63,858 bases of DNA, filler included, from Octopus bimaculoides (GCF_001194135.2; 9 parts of 7 records of this genome joined end to end with filler, not necessarily neighbours in it); one strand, 5' to 3'; shown: positions 24,071 through 37,555, counted from the whole stretch's first letter. Numbers and translations are program-made. The notes: generated by a model from the letters alone, not told the origin.

Positions 24071-24689
24071 GTGCTACAGGTTGTTTCTGGAACATGGATA
24101 TACCGTGAATTACGGGTAACACACATACATACATGCATACATACATACATAGGCGCGCACACACACACACACNNNNNNNNNNNNNNNNNNNNNNNNNNNN
24201 NNNNNNNNNNNNNNNNNNNNNNNNNNNNNNNNNNNNNNNNNNNNNNNNNNNNNNNNNNNNNNNNNNNNNNNNNNNNNNNNNNNNNNNNNNNNNNNNNNNN
24301 NNNNNNNNNNNNNNNNNNNNNNNNNNNNNNNNNNNNNNNNNNNNNNNNNNNNNNNNNNNNNNNNNNNNNNNNNNNNNNNNNNNNNNNNNNNNNNNNNNNN
24401 NNNNNNNNNNNNNNNNNNNNNNNNNNNNNNNNNNNNNNNNNNNNTATATATATATATATGATGGTCACTCGTATCGATTTCTACGATTGAGTGTTTGAAA
24501 GGGAGAATTTAAAATAAGAAAGGAAAAGAAGAAAGAAGTTAAAGAATAAAAGAAGCTGCATCTATTTGCGAAGGATGCGTGAATGTAATTTGAGTTCAGG
24601 TATGGATTTTGCTATGAGGACAATGACAATTCTGATCTTGCCTGGGATTGGACAAATGTGTCTCTTGATTGCAGGATATAATTCTTTTC

Positions 24690-25925
24690 TTGTTCTATTT
24701 CTTCAACTTAAATTGTTTTGATGCATCACGACACATTTTACGCCACGCAGATCGATCTAGGCAATAACTTCCCCCAAATGTCGATTTAAGCTGTAGAGAT
24801 TTTAGTGAGTGCTTCAACTTATCCTTATATCTAACGACGGGCCTTCCTTAACCGCAGCATCCCTCTACTTATTGGCCATACAAAAGAATTTTCGGAATGT
24901 AGTCATTTTTCACTCGAACAGCATATGCTATCCATCTGCACTGAATTTTCAGTAGAATGCTTTTGATACAGGAGATATTACATTTTTCTAAGAAATTGAC
25001 GTTTGATATCTTATCTTGTCATTTTATGTTGCAGATATTGCACAGGTAGCACATGTGAAAGGTTATAAGTTTCTTTATATGTCTGCAGTAGGGAGTCTAT
25101 GCTTCTGCCCCATACAAGAGTGCGCCCAAAATACAAGATTTGTATACAGTTGTTTTAGTTTTCAGATTGACATCGTGTTCATCCTACAAACAGTAGGTAA
25201 GATTTCCATAAGCACTCGTAGCCTTAGATATTCTAACATTGATTTCGTCATCAGGAGTACTCTTTAAATTTACCGTACCACCAAGATATTTCAATGACCT
25301 GACCCGTTTGAGTGGCTTATTGCCAATCAACACATTTAAATGTTGCGTCTGTTCTGTTCCTGGCATTAACTGAAATAAAACTTCAGTCTTCTAGATGTTG
25401 ATAGTCCAAATGCACGAGCAGCTGCAATAAACCTGTCGACTGTTTCCTAATTCCCTCAAATGTATGAGAAATCAAAGTGCAATCATCAGCAAACAGAAAA
25501 TCACATAGAATCTCTTTCTTGGTCTTTTTCTTTGATCCGAAGCTTTGCCCTTTTAGATTTAGTAGACCTCCTTCTGTGCACAACTGAAATTTTACACCTT
25601 CATTCTAATTCCTAAAAGCATGCTGAAACATCATCGAAAAGAATATGGAAAAAGTTCAAGAGTTAAAACACAGCCCTGTTTGGTTCAACAGAAAATGCCT
25701 CTGAAAATGGACTGCTAGATATCACTCTTGCCCAAAGATACTATTATTCTCATCATTTCATCAAAACCAACTTTCGGCAAAATTTTCCAGAGCGCCTCGA
25801 GATTCACTGCCTCAAAGGCCTTGGTCAAATCGATAAAGACCATGTACAAGTCAATATTTTACGCACGTGGCTTTTCTTGAACTTGCCGAAGGGCAAAAAT
25901 CATGTCAACTGTGCCTCTCCCATCC
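24690..25925 (-). mobile_element. Decayed RTE-clade LINE (RT domain to C-terminus)
   Basis: RGTVDMIFALRQVQEK..FIDLTKAFEAVN, DFLFADDC, KYLGGTV..DDEINVRISKATSAYGNL, PKILLYGQ..GRPVVRYKDKLK. Confidence 0.9.
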
Positions 25926-26399
25926 CATCTTTTCAGAATTTCGTCTTTGCTACTCAAGAGATTTGACCCATTGTTAGAAAAAATAGGTTCTGTACCACCC
26001 GTTTTTAGACCAAAATACACCTTTCAAATTGTCATACAATTATCTCAAGTTGTGAGGTTTAGCAGCCTGTTCCAGTTCTTGGGCTTTTTTGCCCACCAAG
26101 AATTTTTCATCTCACGCAATTTTTCAAAGTAGTTTTCGTTAAGGAGATGTATATGTATCAGAGTGGCGCTGAATTTTTGTTTGAGATCCATATCTTCTGT
26201 GTTTTGTGCATAGTTTCTATATATGCATAGAATAACACACACACACACATATATATAAACATCGGTGGCGTAGAGAGGGGAGGCTGGTTTGCATGTGCGA
26301 CCGCTGGTCTTCCATAAACAACCTTGCTTGGACTTATGCTTCGGAGGGTAACTTTGTAGGTGCAATCCCATGGTTATTCATGACCAAAGGGGGTCCCCG

Positions 26400-26650
26400 A
26401 TATATATAAAACTGAGAATGTCTGTATGTATGCATCACTAAACCTCAAGAACTACGCAACGGATTTCATTCAAATTTTACACAAGCCTTACTTAGCGTCC
26501 ATGCAGTGTCAGGGCCCAAAAAACTTTTCAACTTCTTGCCTAATACGAACCCGAAACAATCTCTTATCTCTTACACAGTTTCCGTATTACGTGTCAAAAG
26601 TGAAACAATAATATCTCTATTAAAACTTTCACTATTATATGGTTTCAATT
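26400..26650 (+). mobile_element. Non-autonomous Helitron-like 5' end
   Basis: TATATATAAAACTGAGAATGTCTGTATGTATG..AACTACGCAACGGATTTCATTCAAATTTTACACA resembles invertebrate non-autonomous Helitron starts; 3' end not seen. Confidence 0.5.
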
Positions 26651-26814
26651 TCAATTACTTTCCTTGTGTATCTATATATATATTAGTTTCATTTCTATTA
26701 CTTTCAGTATAGTTATATACATGTTTGTATATGTATGTGTGTATATATATGTGTGTGTGCGCGTGTGTGTGTATTTATATATTTGTGTGTGTATATTTAT
26801 ATATATATATACAA

Positions 26815-26845
<31 letters not shown>

Positions 26846-27492
26846 TGTATGTATGTATATATATATGTATGTATATATATATGTATGTATATATATATGT
26901 ATGTATGTATATATGTATATATGTATTTATATGTATATATATATGTGTGTAAATATATATGTGTGTGTGNNNNNNNNNNNNNNNNNNNNNNNNNNNNNNN
27001 NNNNNNNNNNNNNNNNNNNNNNNNNNNNNNNNNNNNNNNNNNNNNNNNNNNNNNNNNNNNNNNNNNNNNNNNNNNNNNNNNNNNNNNNNNNNNNNNNNNN
27101 NNNNNNNNNNNNNNNNNNNNNNNNNNNNNNNNNNNNNNNNNNNNNNNNNNNNNNNNNNNNNNNNNNNNNNNNNNNNNNNNNNNNNNNNNNNNNNNNNNNN
27201 NNNNNNNNNNNNNNNNNNNNNNNNNNNNNNNNNNNNNNNNNNNNNNNNNNNNNNNNNNNNNNNNNNNNNNNNNNNNNNNNNNNNNNNNNNNNNNNNNNNN
27301 NNNNNNNNNNNNNNNNNNNNNNNNNNNNNNNNNNNNNNNNNNNNNNNNNNNNNNNNNNNNNNNNNNNNNNNNNNNNNNNNNNNNNNNNNNNNNNNNNNNN
27401 NNNNNNNNNNNNNNNNNNNNNNNNNNNNNNNNNNNNNNNNNNNNNNNNNNNNNNNNNNTATATATATATATATATATATATCTGTGTGTGTG

Positions 27493-28189
27493 TGTAAGAA
27501 ACGACCGTGCGAACTCAAAAAGGAGAAATGGTGACGAATGGAAAAACGGAGGACTCCTTTTATTTAAACGCGTCACACGGTCGAACACACAAAATATATA
27601 TCAAATGATGATATACAAATAATATGTTATACGACGATAACATAGATGACCAGTAATGAAAGACCACAACCGTATAAGATGAATAACAGAAATATTTATT
27701 GTAGCGTTAAAGATGTATGTGTATGTGAGAGTGTGAATACGACATATAAGAACATAATCAAAGACAGGCCGTCGTACAAAGGAAAGTGTGTATGTGAGTG
27801 ATACATGTATGTGTATGTGAGATATTACAGCAAATAGAAAGAGTCAGTAACACGTGAGCATTTATACCAGTTCTTGAGTACACAATAGTATGAGTCTGTA
27901 TGTGAAAGAAGTGAGTTGAGGCTGTGATGTGGTGGCTTCCATGCCGGGCCGTGATTCTTGTTATACAGATGTTCGTCGTTCGTCGCTGGCTGGAATCTCT
28001 TGTCTGTTTATTTATCGTGGTGAAATGAGTCACCTAACAGTATCGAAGAGAGAGATGTGCCGCGGTGGTTTAGTTTGGTGTACATAGAAAGTCGTGTAGA
28101 CGCTGGCGGAGATTGATGCTGGTTAGTAGTAATCGTAGAATCGTGTTGGTCATGACGATGATGCTGGTTAGTAGTCGTAGACTCGTGTT
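27493..28189. mobile_element. LTR-like segment, cut by the scaffold end
   Basis: Starts TGTAAG, has AATAAA on the minus strand near 27700, is CpG-richer than its flanks, and has a ~40-bp tandem duplication at 28116-28189. Confidence 0.3.
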
Positions 28190-28289
28190 NNNNNNNNNNN
28201 NNNNNNNNNNNNNNNNNNNNNNNNNNNNNNNNNTTAATTAATTAANNNNNNNNNNNNNNNNNNNNNNNNNNNNNNNNNNNNNNNNNNNN

Positions 28290-28512
28290 GAATGCGTTAG
28301 TTGTGATGCAGTCGCTCAAGGTTGACCCGGGTTGTTGGAGTTGCCGAAGAGCAGCGCGACACTCGCGGTGCCATTCGCCCTTCCTCGGCCTCTTCTTGAT
28401 CCATGACTGCAGTTCGGTCATGGAGACGAGCTGCGGGAAAGCGCGCCGCACAAACGGTGACCACACCTGTTCACCGCTGTCTACGTAGAGCCGGAGATGT
28501 CGCAGTCTCAGC

Positions 28513-28515
<3 letters not shown>
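28290..28515 (-). mobile_element. Tx1/L1-like LINE ORF2 C-terminal fragment, open frame
   Basis: LRLRHLRLYVDSGEQVWSPFVRRAFPQLVSMTELQSWIKKRPRKGEWHRECRAALRQL; GC-rich, stop-free, cut by the scaffold end. Clade assignment is from recall. Confidence 0.55.
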
Positions 28516-28598
<83 letters not shown>

Positions 28599-28829
28599 AT
28601 GCAGGTATTGGTTTGCAGTAAGAACCTTGCTTTCCGACCACAGATTTCTGAGTTCAGTCTCACAGCATGGCACCTTGGGCAAATCTCTTCTGCTATAGCT
28701 CCAGGCCAACCAATGCTCGCTGTCCTCAAACACCATCTTAACAATGACAGTTACTTGACCATTTTCTTCATTATTCTGAAGACTAATTGAAACAAAAGTA
28801 ATATATTTCAACACAAATATGGTAACAAG

Positions 28830-29703
28830 AGAATTAAAATGATCTCAGCAGAAGACATAAGAGAAGGAGACCTCAGTATGGTTACTCTATATGCTAGAAA
28901 TAGTAGCCTAAATTTCCTTCAGTCCACACCCTTCCAACTGCTTTTAATGTCTATCTGGCTCTGTAGTACAATTGTCTTGTTTTCATAAGTTCTGAATTAA
29001 AATCTCCCACCAAACCTTAGTCACAATTTATGTTCCTAACACTAGCTGAATGATAACTAAGTTATTTTACTAAATTCATTGTTATATGAAATCGAAATTG
29101 AACCAAATTTGATGACTGGCACCCATGCCAACCTTCCCTCATTGGACACTAAACTCAGCTTGCGAAGACCTGTTGGGGCAAGTGAGATCGAAACTGAAGC
29201 AAATCTGATGACTGGCACCCGTGCCAGTGGAGTGCTAACAGCACCATCCGAGTGGGATCACTGACAGAGCAGCAGTCTCGCTCCCGTGCTGGTGGCCCGT
29301 AAAAAGCACCATTTGAGTGTGATCGTTTCCAGCTTCGCCTTACTGGCACTTGTGCCGGTGGCATGTGAACAAAACATTGGACTGACTCCTGTGCAGGTGG
29401 CACATAAAAACACCATTTGAGTGTGGCCGTTGCCAGTACCGCTGGACTGGCCTTCATGCCAGTGGCATGTAAAAAGCACCCACTACACTCTCGGAGTGGT
29501 TGGCGTTAGGAAGGGCATCCAGCTGTAGAAACTCTGCCAGATCAGATTGGAGTCTGGTGCAGCCATCCGCTTCGCCAGTCCCCAGTCAAATGGTCCAACC
29601 CATGCTAGCATGGAAAGCAGACGTTAAATAATGATGATGATGATGATTTAACATAACTAAAATGCAGAAAATCTCAAAATAAATACAGTAATGAAAGGGT
29701 TAA
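28830..29703. mobile_element. MITE-like repeat with piggyBac-like end (AAGGGTTAA), interrupted by a family B insertion
   Basis: The internal motif TGCTAGAAATAGTAGCC.AA.TT.CC recurs near 4085 and 39055; CCC/TTAA-type end at 29695-29703. Confidence 0.4.
29085..29646 (+). mobile_element. Family B repeat with ~65-bp internal minisatellite and (GAT)n tail
   Basis: Repeated TGGCA.GTAAAAAGCACC units, then GGCGTTAGGAAGGGCATCCAGCTGTAGAAAC..GCATGGAAAGCAGACGTTAAATAATGATGATG. Confidence 0.85.
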
Positions 29704-30237
29704 TAACAACTAAGTTATTTCACGAAATTTCTCGTTATTTTCAAAATTAATTAAAAACAAAGGGAGTGAGTTTCCACATAAAGTGTTAATGCAGGAACAA
29801 CACGACGAAGGTAACGATGGGAAGAGCCAAGAAGATGTAAAACTACCCAAAGATATAGTTTATGTCGCCGCTTATTGTCTTTACATCCTAAGACAAAGAT
29901 AAATTTAACTTTCCAACAGTTCAGCTGCCAAATTCTAAATAGTTATCAGATGCTGAGACTGGTCACTGATGTAAGCTGTGAGCGTTTTATTAATGAGCAA
30001 TTATTAATGAGCATTTTTGTAATTTGGCTTACTGAATTTAAATGGTCATTTAGGTATAGCTTGAAGAGATACAGGCCCTATAAAGAGGACTGACCCCCTA
30101 AATACACATCAAGATGACTTTAACCCTCTATCATTTAATCTGATCATATAAGTCCGAAATCTACTTGCTTAGGTTTAAACCTACAAGATTTTGCCTGTCA
30201 CACCTACCCTACAATGTCATTCTAAAATTAAACAAAC

Positions 30238-30665
30238 CCCATGCAGGTAACACATAAAAAGCACCATCCAAACGTGGCTGATGCCAGTGACTCCTGACTA
30301 GCTCCTGTGCCAGTGGCATGTAAAAAGCACCATTCAAACGTGGCTGATGCCAGCACCGCCTTGACTGGCTCCTGTGTTTGTGGCACATAAAAACACCATC
30401 CAAACGTGGTCAATGCCAACGCCAGGTGGCACGTAGAAGCACCATCCAAACGTGGTCGATGCCAACCCCCTCTGGCCCCTGTGCTGGTGGCATGTAAAAG
30501 GCACCCACTACACTCTTGGACTGGTTGGCATTAGGAAGGGCATCCAGCTGTAGAAACACTGCCAGATCAGACTGAAGCCTGGTGCAGCCTCCTGGCTTCC
30601 CCGACCCCAGTTGAACCGTCCAACCCATGCCAGCATGGAAAACAGACGTTAAACGTTGATGATAA
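30238..30665 (+). mobile_element. Family B repeat, about five minisatellite units
   Basis: AAAAAGCACCAT(C/T)CAAACGTGG repeated, followed by the same tail. Confidence 0.85.
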
Positions 30666-31915
30666 CATTGTCGAAATCTCAAAGCCAGTAGACAATGCAT
30701 GACAAATTCTAAATGATGTGAATATATAAGCATTGTATTTGACAGAGTAATCAGAATGCTAAAAAGTTAATAACGCTGCCAGCATCTAATACAAATGGTT
30801 ATAGCGCCAGACACAGTAATATCCTGATGGATAAGTAGGTACTTTATGCTGTCATAAATTAAAAAAATCAGGAAAAAATGGTAGAGTTATTTGTACTGGC
30901 ATTCTGATCATCAAGTTATAGTAAATAGCTACATCACACACTCCAAAGACTGCTAATAAAGATCAATGTTTGCAGACCTAGCCAACCCTACCCAATCTAA
31001 CAAATCTAACCTGAGTTTATCTTTAAAGACAGCTCAATTTGTAAAGTCCTTTTTGATTGACACAGCGGTTCAATATTGAACTACTTCAGTTCCAATAATA
31101 CTCTCAATTAACAGCTAACTCAATATGACCCCGCCATCCGCCTCCGCTCAATAGCTGTTACATAAAACTTGCAACCATTTGTCACTGTTTCTGAGAGGTC
31201 AAATGCATATCGAAACTAATTGACAGATCAAAAGCTCAACTTTAAGAAAGTAATAGAAGGAATAGAGTGCGAGGGGAGAAAGATCGGTCGGCGTCAGCGG
31301 CAGAGGTGGTGATGGTGGAGGGGACTGAAGAACAGAAACAGGCGGCAGCGTTGGCGACGATGGGATTAAAGAATAAGAAAGAACGAAGCCTCCAAAGGAA
31401 ATAATTGATGGGTCAAAAGCTCATCTGACATAATTGAAAGGTCAGTCTCTCAAATGATGCTGTTTTGATGGATGCGGAGGAGGAAAGGGAGGTGAAGGGT
31501 NNNNNNNNNNACGAGATGATGTCATATTACATTAACCTTGTCCAAAATATAGCGCCAAGCATTAACCTTCCTTTTATAATCATTTCCTAAATACACGTAC
31601 ATTTTACAACACACACACACACACACACACACATATATCTGTGTTTACATCCACATGTTTGTGTGTGCATACGTATTTGCACATGTTTATATATATATAT
31701 ATATAAATATATATATATATGCATTTGAGTGCACATATATATATGTACACACACACGTACATATATATATATAAATATACACACACACACACACATATAT
31801 ATATACAAACAAAAACACACACTTGTGTATATAAAGCTGTGTGGGTGGGTGGGGGTCAGAAGTTAGACCTTTTACTACTTAGACATAGTCACACATACAC
31901 AGCTTTCTCGCATAC

Positions 31916-31964
<49 letters not shown>

Positions 31965-33269
31965 TACATATATATACACAAACACGCACATACCATATAT
32001 ATATACATATAGACACACACACACAAACATGTTCAATTAAGAGTTTGAATGAACGTCAAGAAATATTTCTTCTTTGTGTTATTACTTTGAAAAAATTAAA
32101 AGAAATATTTTCAAGTAGAGTTTATATAATTTTTGTTTTTGTTATTTTCTATTGTTATTTAAATTTCCTTGTTTTTTTTTTCATTTTTCTTCTTCTTCTT
32201 CTTCGCCCCCCCCCTCCTCAATTTCCTTTTTGTGAATTTTATTTAAATCTTTCTTCTTCTTAAGCAATATAATCCGAAAACATGCAAGGTTAGAGAGCAA
32301 ATGATTTGATTCTGAACAAAACTATACTTTGAAATCAAACGAAAATAATAATTGTAAATAACTAGTTTTGTGACCAATTAGATTAATTCTTAATTTTTAA
32401 GAATTTTATTCATTGATTTATATTTATTTTTATTTTTTCCTTCTTCCATACTCCCCTCCTTTATTAATTCCATTTTACCTTTTAATATTTTTGTTTTCGT
32501 TCCTTTATTGCTGTCTTTGTTGTTGCCTACATCCCCCCACCACCCCTCTTCAGCCTCTATTTTCATTATTCAAGACTATTTCACTTTAGCAAGATGGGTT
32601 GAGAGAGAGAAAGAGGGAGTGGTGGTAAAGATGGCGGCTGCGAATAATGTGGTTTTGTTGCTGATGGTGTTGATGGACAGATGATAGTGAAAGGCAGCCC
32701 ATTATTGTTGCGATGATAATGATGATGAGCATATTGGAAGCAGGTGGAGTGGCCTAGGTGGCGACACTAAAAGCAACGTTGTATATGATGTTAATAGCAA
32801 TAGTACTGGTGATGGTAGCAGCAACAGTGGTGCTACGAGAGCCACTACTGAAGATGGTCACAGTAAAGCAGTAGTAGTAGTAGTGGAGGTGGTGGTGGTC
32901 GTCGTTGTGATGTTCGAACGATTTAAGCAGTGTTCATCAAACGTACCATAAGCATACATGTTTGTGCATGTGTGTATATGTGGGCATATATATACTGGTG
33001 TGTACATACGTTTATGTCTGCAACTGCATGAATGTATGTGCTTGTGCATGCATGTATACATGTTTATGTGTATATGTATAAATCTGTTGGTGTATATATA
33101 TACATTTCCTTATATGTGTGTTTATACGTTTACATCCATGTACATGTTTGTGTGTGCACACGTGCATGCATGTGTGCATGTTTCCGTAAGCATCTGTATG
33201 TATGGAAGCGGGTGTAGCAGTTATATATTCAAAAACCATTTCTTCCCCACCAGCCGCTATTACCATTAA

Positions 33270-33410
33270 CAACAGCAATACCACTACAACCACTAACGAT
33301 ACTACTACTACTACTACTACTACTAATAATAATAATAATAATAATACTAATAATAAAAATAAAAATAATAATAATTATTATTATAATAATAATACTAATA
33401 ATAAAAATAA

Positions 33411-33442
<32 letters not shown>

Positions 33443-33495
33443 TAAAAATAATAATAATAATAAATAATACTAATAATAATACTAACAATAATCAT
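33270..33495. repeat. (ACT)n/(AAT)n trinucleotide tract
   Basis: Direct inspection. Confidence 0.9.
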
Positions 33496-33772
33496 AAAGT
33501 GGAGTCATCACAAGAATTCTGGTTCAGGCAGTAGTTTACAGAAGACAAGTTTCCAAGAATGGAAATTATCAGAGAGACATTGTTCATTAAAATATCCTCC
33601 ATTGAAAAATAAGTTTAATTATTGATGTGAGTCTTGTTTAGATTGGTTTTGTTCAGCTTTGGTTTGGGTTTTCATTTATTTATTTTATTTTTAGTTTTTG
33701 CAGTTTTGTTGGTGTTATTCGTTATTAACTTTTTATTTTCTCATTTTCAAACCAATTATGTGAAGGGTCCGA

Positions 33773-33994
33773 GGAAGAAGGAGGAGGAAGAAGAAGAAGA
33801 AGAAGAAGAAGAAGAAGAAGAAGAAGAAGAAGAAGAAGGGGGTGATGGAATGGCCAGATGAGTTGATAGATATGTAGGTAGGAAGGCGGAGGAAGTGGGC
33901 AGGAAATTAATGCCAAGGGGAAAGGAGGATAGGGGGAGGAATAGTAATATATAATAATTATATAATAATAATAACAGTAATAATAATAATAACA

Positions 33995-34041
<47 letters not shown>

Positions 34042-34042
34042 T
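33773..34042. repeat. (GAA)n and (AAT)n tracts
   Basis: Direct inspection. Confidence 0.9.
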
Positions 34043-34988
34043 GGGATAAGGCTTTCCTGATGAGGATAATGAGTGGTGTGAGGAAATGAGAGCAAGATGG
34101 TGGAAACTCAAAGAGAAAGAGGACACACAGACAGAAGAGAGTAAAGAAGGGAAGATAGGGAGAGATGCATGAAGGAGAATGGACAAAAGAGACATAGACA
34201 GAGAGGGAAAGCAATGAGAGAGAGAGATTGATAAGAGGAAAGAAAAACATGGAGGAGAGATGGTAGAGTAAGGCAGGTCATTTAAATATAGCAAAATAGA
34301 GAGAAACATGTACAAATAAATATAGAAATAAACATGTACATATATGCAGACATACACATATACATGTGCACTTAGACGTATGCATACAGACATACATGTA
34401 CAAATATATGTATATANNNNNNNNNNNNNNNNNNNNNNNNNNNNNNNNNNNNNNNNNNNNNNNNNNNNNNNNNNNNNNNNNNNNNNNNNNNNNNNNNNNN
34501 NNNNNNNNNNNNNNNNNNNNNNNNNNNNNNNNNNNNNNNNNNNNNNNNNNNNNNNNNNNNNNNNNNNNNNNNNNNNNNNNNNNNNNNNNNNNNNNNNNNN
34601 NNNNNNNNNNNNNNNNNNNNNNNNNNNNNNNNNNNNNNNNNNNNNNNNNNNNNNNNNNNNNNNNNNNNNNNNNNNNNNNNNNNNNNNNNNNNNNNNNNNN
34701 NNNNNNNNNNNNNNNNNNNNNNNNNNNNNNNNNNNNNNNNNNNNNNNNNNNNNNNNNNNNNNNNNNNNNNNNNNNNNNNNNNNNNNNNNNNNNNNNNNNN
34801 NNNNNNNNNNNNNNNNNNNNNNNNNNNNNNNNNNNNNNNNNNNNNNNNNNNNNNNNNNNNNNNNNNNNNNNNNNNNNNNNNNNNNNNNNNNNNNNNNNNN
34901 NNNNNNNNNNNNNNNNNNNNNNNNNNNNNNNNNNNNNNNNNNNNNNNNNNNNNNNNNNNNNNNNNNNNNNNNNNNNNNNNNNNNNNNC

Positions 34989-35190
34989 CATGTGACTGGC
35001 CCTCGTGCCGGCGGCACGTAAAAGCACCCACTACACTTTTGGAGTAGTTGGCGTTAGGAAGTGCATCCAGCTGTAGAAACTCTGCCAAATCAGATTGAAG
35101 CCTGGTGCAGCCATCCGGTTCACCAGTCCTCAGTCAAATCGTTCAACCCATGCTAGCATGGAAAGCAGATGTTAAACGATGATGATGATG
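34989..35190 (+). mobile_element. Family B repeat, 3' part
   Basis: Same tail as 29085-29646. Confidence 0.85.
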
Positions 35191-35304
35191 TTAAGAAGTT
35201 TCCTCCCCCAACCACATGGTGCCAGGTTCAGTCTCACTACATGGCACCTTGGACGGGTCTTCTATTATAACGCTGGGCTGATCAAAGCCTAGTGATTGGG
35301 TTTA

Positions 35305-35990
35305 TCTTTTATCTGTTTAGACCATGGCCATGCTGGGGCACCACCTTGAATTTTTAGCCAAATAAATTGACCCCAGTAGTTATTTTTTAAGCCTGCTACT
35401 TATTCTATCAATCTCTTTTGACAAACTGCTAAGTTACAGGGATGTAAACACACCAACACTGGTTGTCAAGTGGTGATTGGGGGGTGAACTCAGATACATA
35501 CACATAGGTATACATATATATATATATATANNNNNNNNNNNNNNNNNNNNNNNNNNNNNNNNNNNNNNNNNNNNNNNNNNNNNNNNNNNNNNNNNNNNNN
35601 NNNNNNNNNNNNNNNNNNNNNNNNNNNNNNNNNNNNNNNNNNNNNNNNNNNNNNNNNNNNNNNNNNNNNNNNNNNNNNNNNNNNNNNNNNNNNNNNNNNN
35701 NNNNNNNNNNNNNNNNNNNNNNNNNNNNNNNNNNNNNNNNNNNNNNNNNNNNNNNNNNNNNNNNNNNNNNNNNNNNNNNNNNNNNNNNNNNNNNNNNNNN
35801 NNNNNNNNNNNNNNNNNNNNNNNNNNNNNNNNNNNNNNNNNNNNNNNNNNNNNNNNNNNNTGATGGGCTTTAAGGCTTTAGTAGGCCCAAAACTATAGTA
35901 GAAGACACTTGCCCAAGGTGCCACACAGTGGGACTGAACCCAGAACCATGTGGTTGAGAAGCAGACTATTTACCCACACAGCCATGCCTG
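35305..35990 (-). mobile_element. SINE family A spanning an N gap at its internal microsatellite
   Basis: The 3' half (35305-35480) and 5' half (35861-35990) are both on the minus strand and flank (TA)n plus the gap. Confidence 0.8.
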
Positions 35991-36194
35991 CACCTAATGG
36001 AATTGGAAGAAGTTGTTTTTCATGTGTACATAGATGGATAATTGAGCGGTATCTAAGTTTGTGTTCCCTTCTCTTGGCACCGATCATTGTGGGTCCCACT
36101 GTTGTACGAGCAGTGCCAACCATTTTCAATAATCTGTGAAAACATGCCCGACCAAAATTAAAATAGGATAAGGATCTGTCCTGAGTCATATATA

Positions 36195-36400
36195 TTTCTT
36201 TATTGCCCAGAAGGGGTTTAAACATAGAGGGGACAAACAAGGACAGACAAAGGGATTAAGTTGATTATATTAAACCTCAGTGCATAACTGGTATTTAGTT
36301 AATCAACCCCGAAAGGATAAAAGGCAAAGTTGACCTCAGCGGAATTTGAACTCAGAATGTAACGGCAGATGAAATACTGCTAAGCATTTTAGCTGGTGTG
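36195..36400 (-). mobile_element. SINE family C
   Basis: GGCAAAGTTGACCTCAGCGGAATTTGAACTCAGAA, as in 6005-6216. Confidence 0.8.
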
Positions 36401-36588
36401 CTGGTGGCACATAAGAGCACATATTACGTGCTCAGAGTGGTTGGCATGAGGAAGGGCATCCAGCAGTAGAAACCATGTGAAATCGGACTGGGTCTAGTGC
36501 AGCTCCTCAGCTTGGCAGCCCCGGTCAAACCATCCAACTCATGCCAACATGGTCAATGGTCATTAAATGATAATGATGATGATATATA

Positions 36589-36624
<36 letters not shown>

Positions 36625-36830
36625 TTTGTCTATGTGTCTCTTTGTCCCCCACCACTGCTTGACCGGTGTTGGAGTGTTTACATACCCACAACTTAGCAGT
36701 TTGGCAAAAGAAACTGACAGGACAAGTACCAGGTTTAAAAAACTGTGTAATTAACTTGACAAAGAATTCTTGCAGGCGGTGCCCCAGCATGGTCGCAGTC
36801 TAAAGACTGAAACAAGTAAAAGATGATAGA
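36400..36830 (+). mobile_element. Family B tail followed by SINE family A 3' half
   Basis: GAAGGGCATCCAGCAGTAGAAAC..GATGATG, then (TG)n and GGCGGTGCCCCAGCATGGTCGCAGTC. Confidence 0.75.
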
Positions 36831-37289
36831 TAGATAGGAAGAAAGCAAACAGAGAAAGAGAGAGAGAGAGAGAGAGAGAGTGTGTGTGTGTGTGTGTGTG
36901 TGTTGCTGTGGTGATGGTGGTGGTGTTAGCAAGGAAATAAGGTGGTTGTTGAGAGATTCAGAGACTAGTTAAGAGCAAGCAATAAATATATAAATAAAAA
37001 CAAAAACAAAAAATATAAAAGAAAGGAATAAAATAATAAAAATATGAGAAAATAGCAATAAAAAAAAAGATTATATAATGAGATTTGTGGAGGATTATTG
37101 GGAAAAAGAGAGAAAACAATTTATTCAATTTTATATTTTATTAATTTTTTTAAATGTATTTTCTGTTATTTTTGTAATTTTTGAAAAAATTTTTATTTCT
37201 ACAACAAATCTCATTTCAATTTTATTCCATGCATTGAAATAAGGCGTACATTAAAATAAATTGGAAATTAATGAGAGAGAGCAACAGAG

Positions 37290-37555
37290 AAAGATAGATT
37301 GATAGACGGACAGACAGACAGATAGAGACTGATAGATAGATAGACAGACAGACACACAGATAGATAGATAGATAGATAGATAGACTGACAGAGATATATA
37401 TATATAGATAGAAAGATAGACAGATAGACTGATGTATAGAGAGATAGACTGATAGATAGATAGATAAACTGACAGACAGATAGATAGATAGACTGATAGA
37501 CAGACAGACAGACAGATAGATAGATAGAGAGATAGACAGACAGATAGACAGATGT
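37290..37555. repeat. (GATA)n/(GACA)n field
   Basis: Direct inspection. Confidence 0.9.

Noticed and set aside
32628-32690. AAGATGGCGGC (YY1/Kozak-like) start
   Set aside because: The frame closes after 17 codons and the context is low-complexity.
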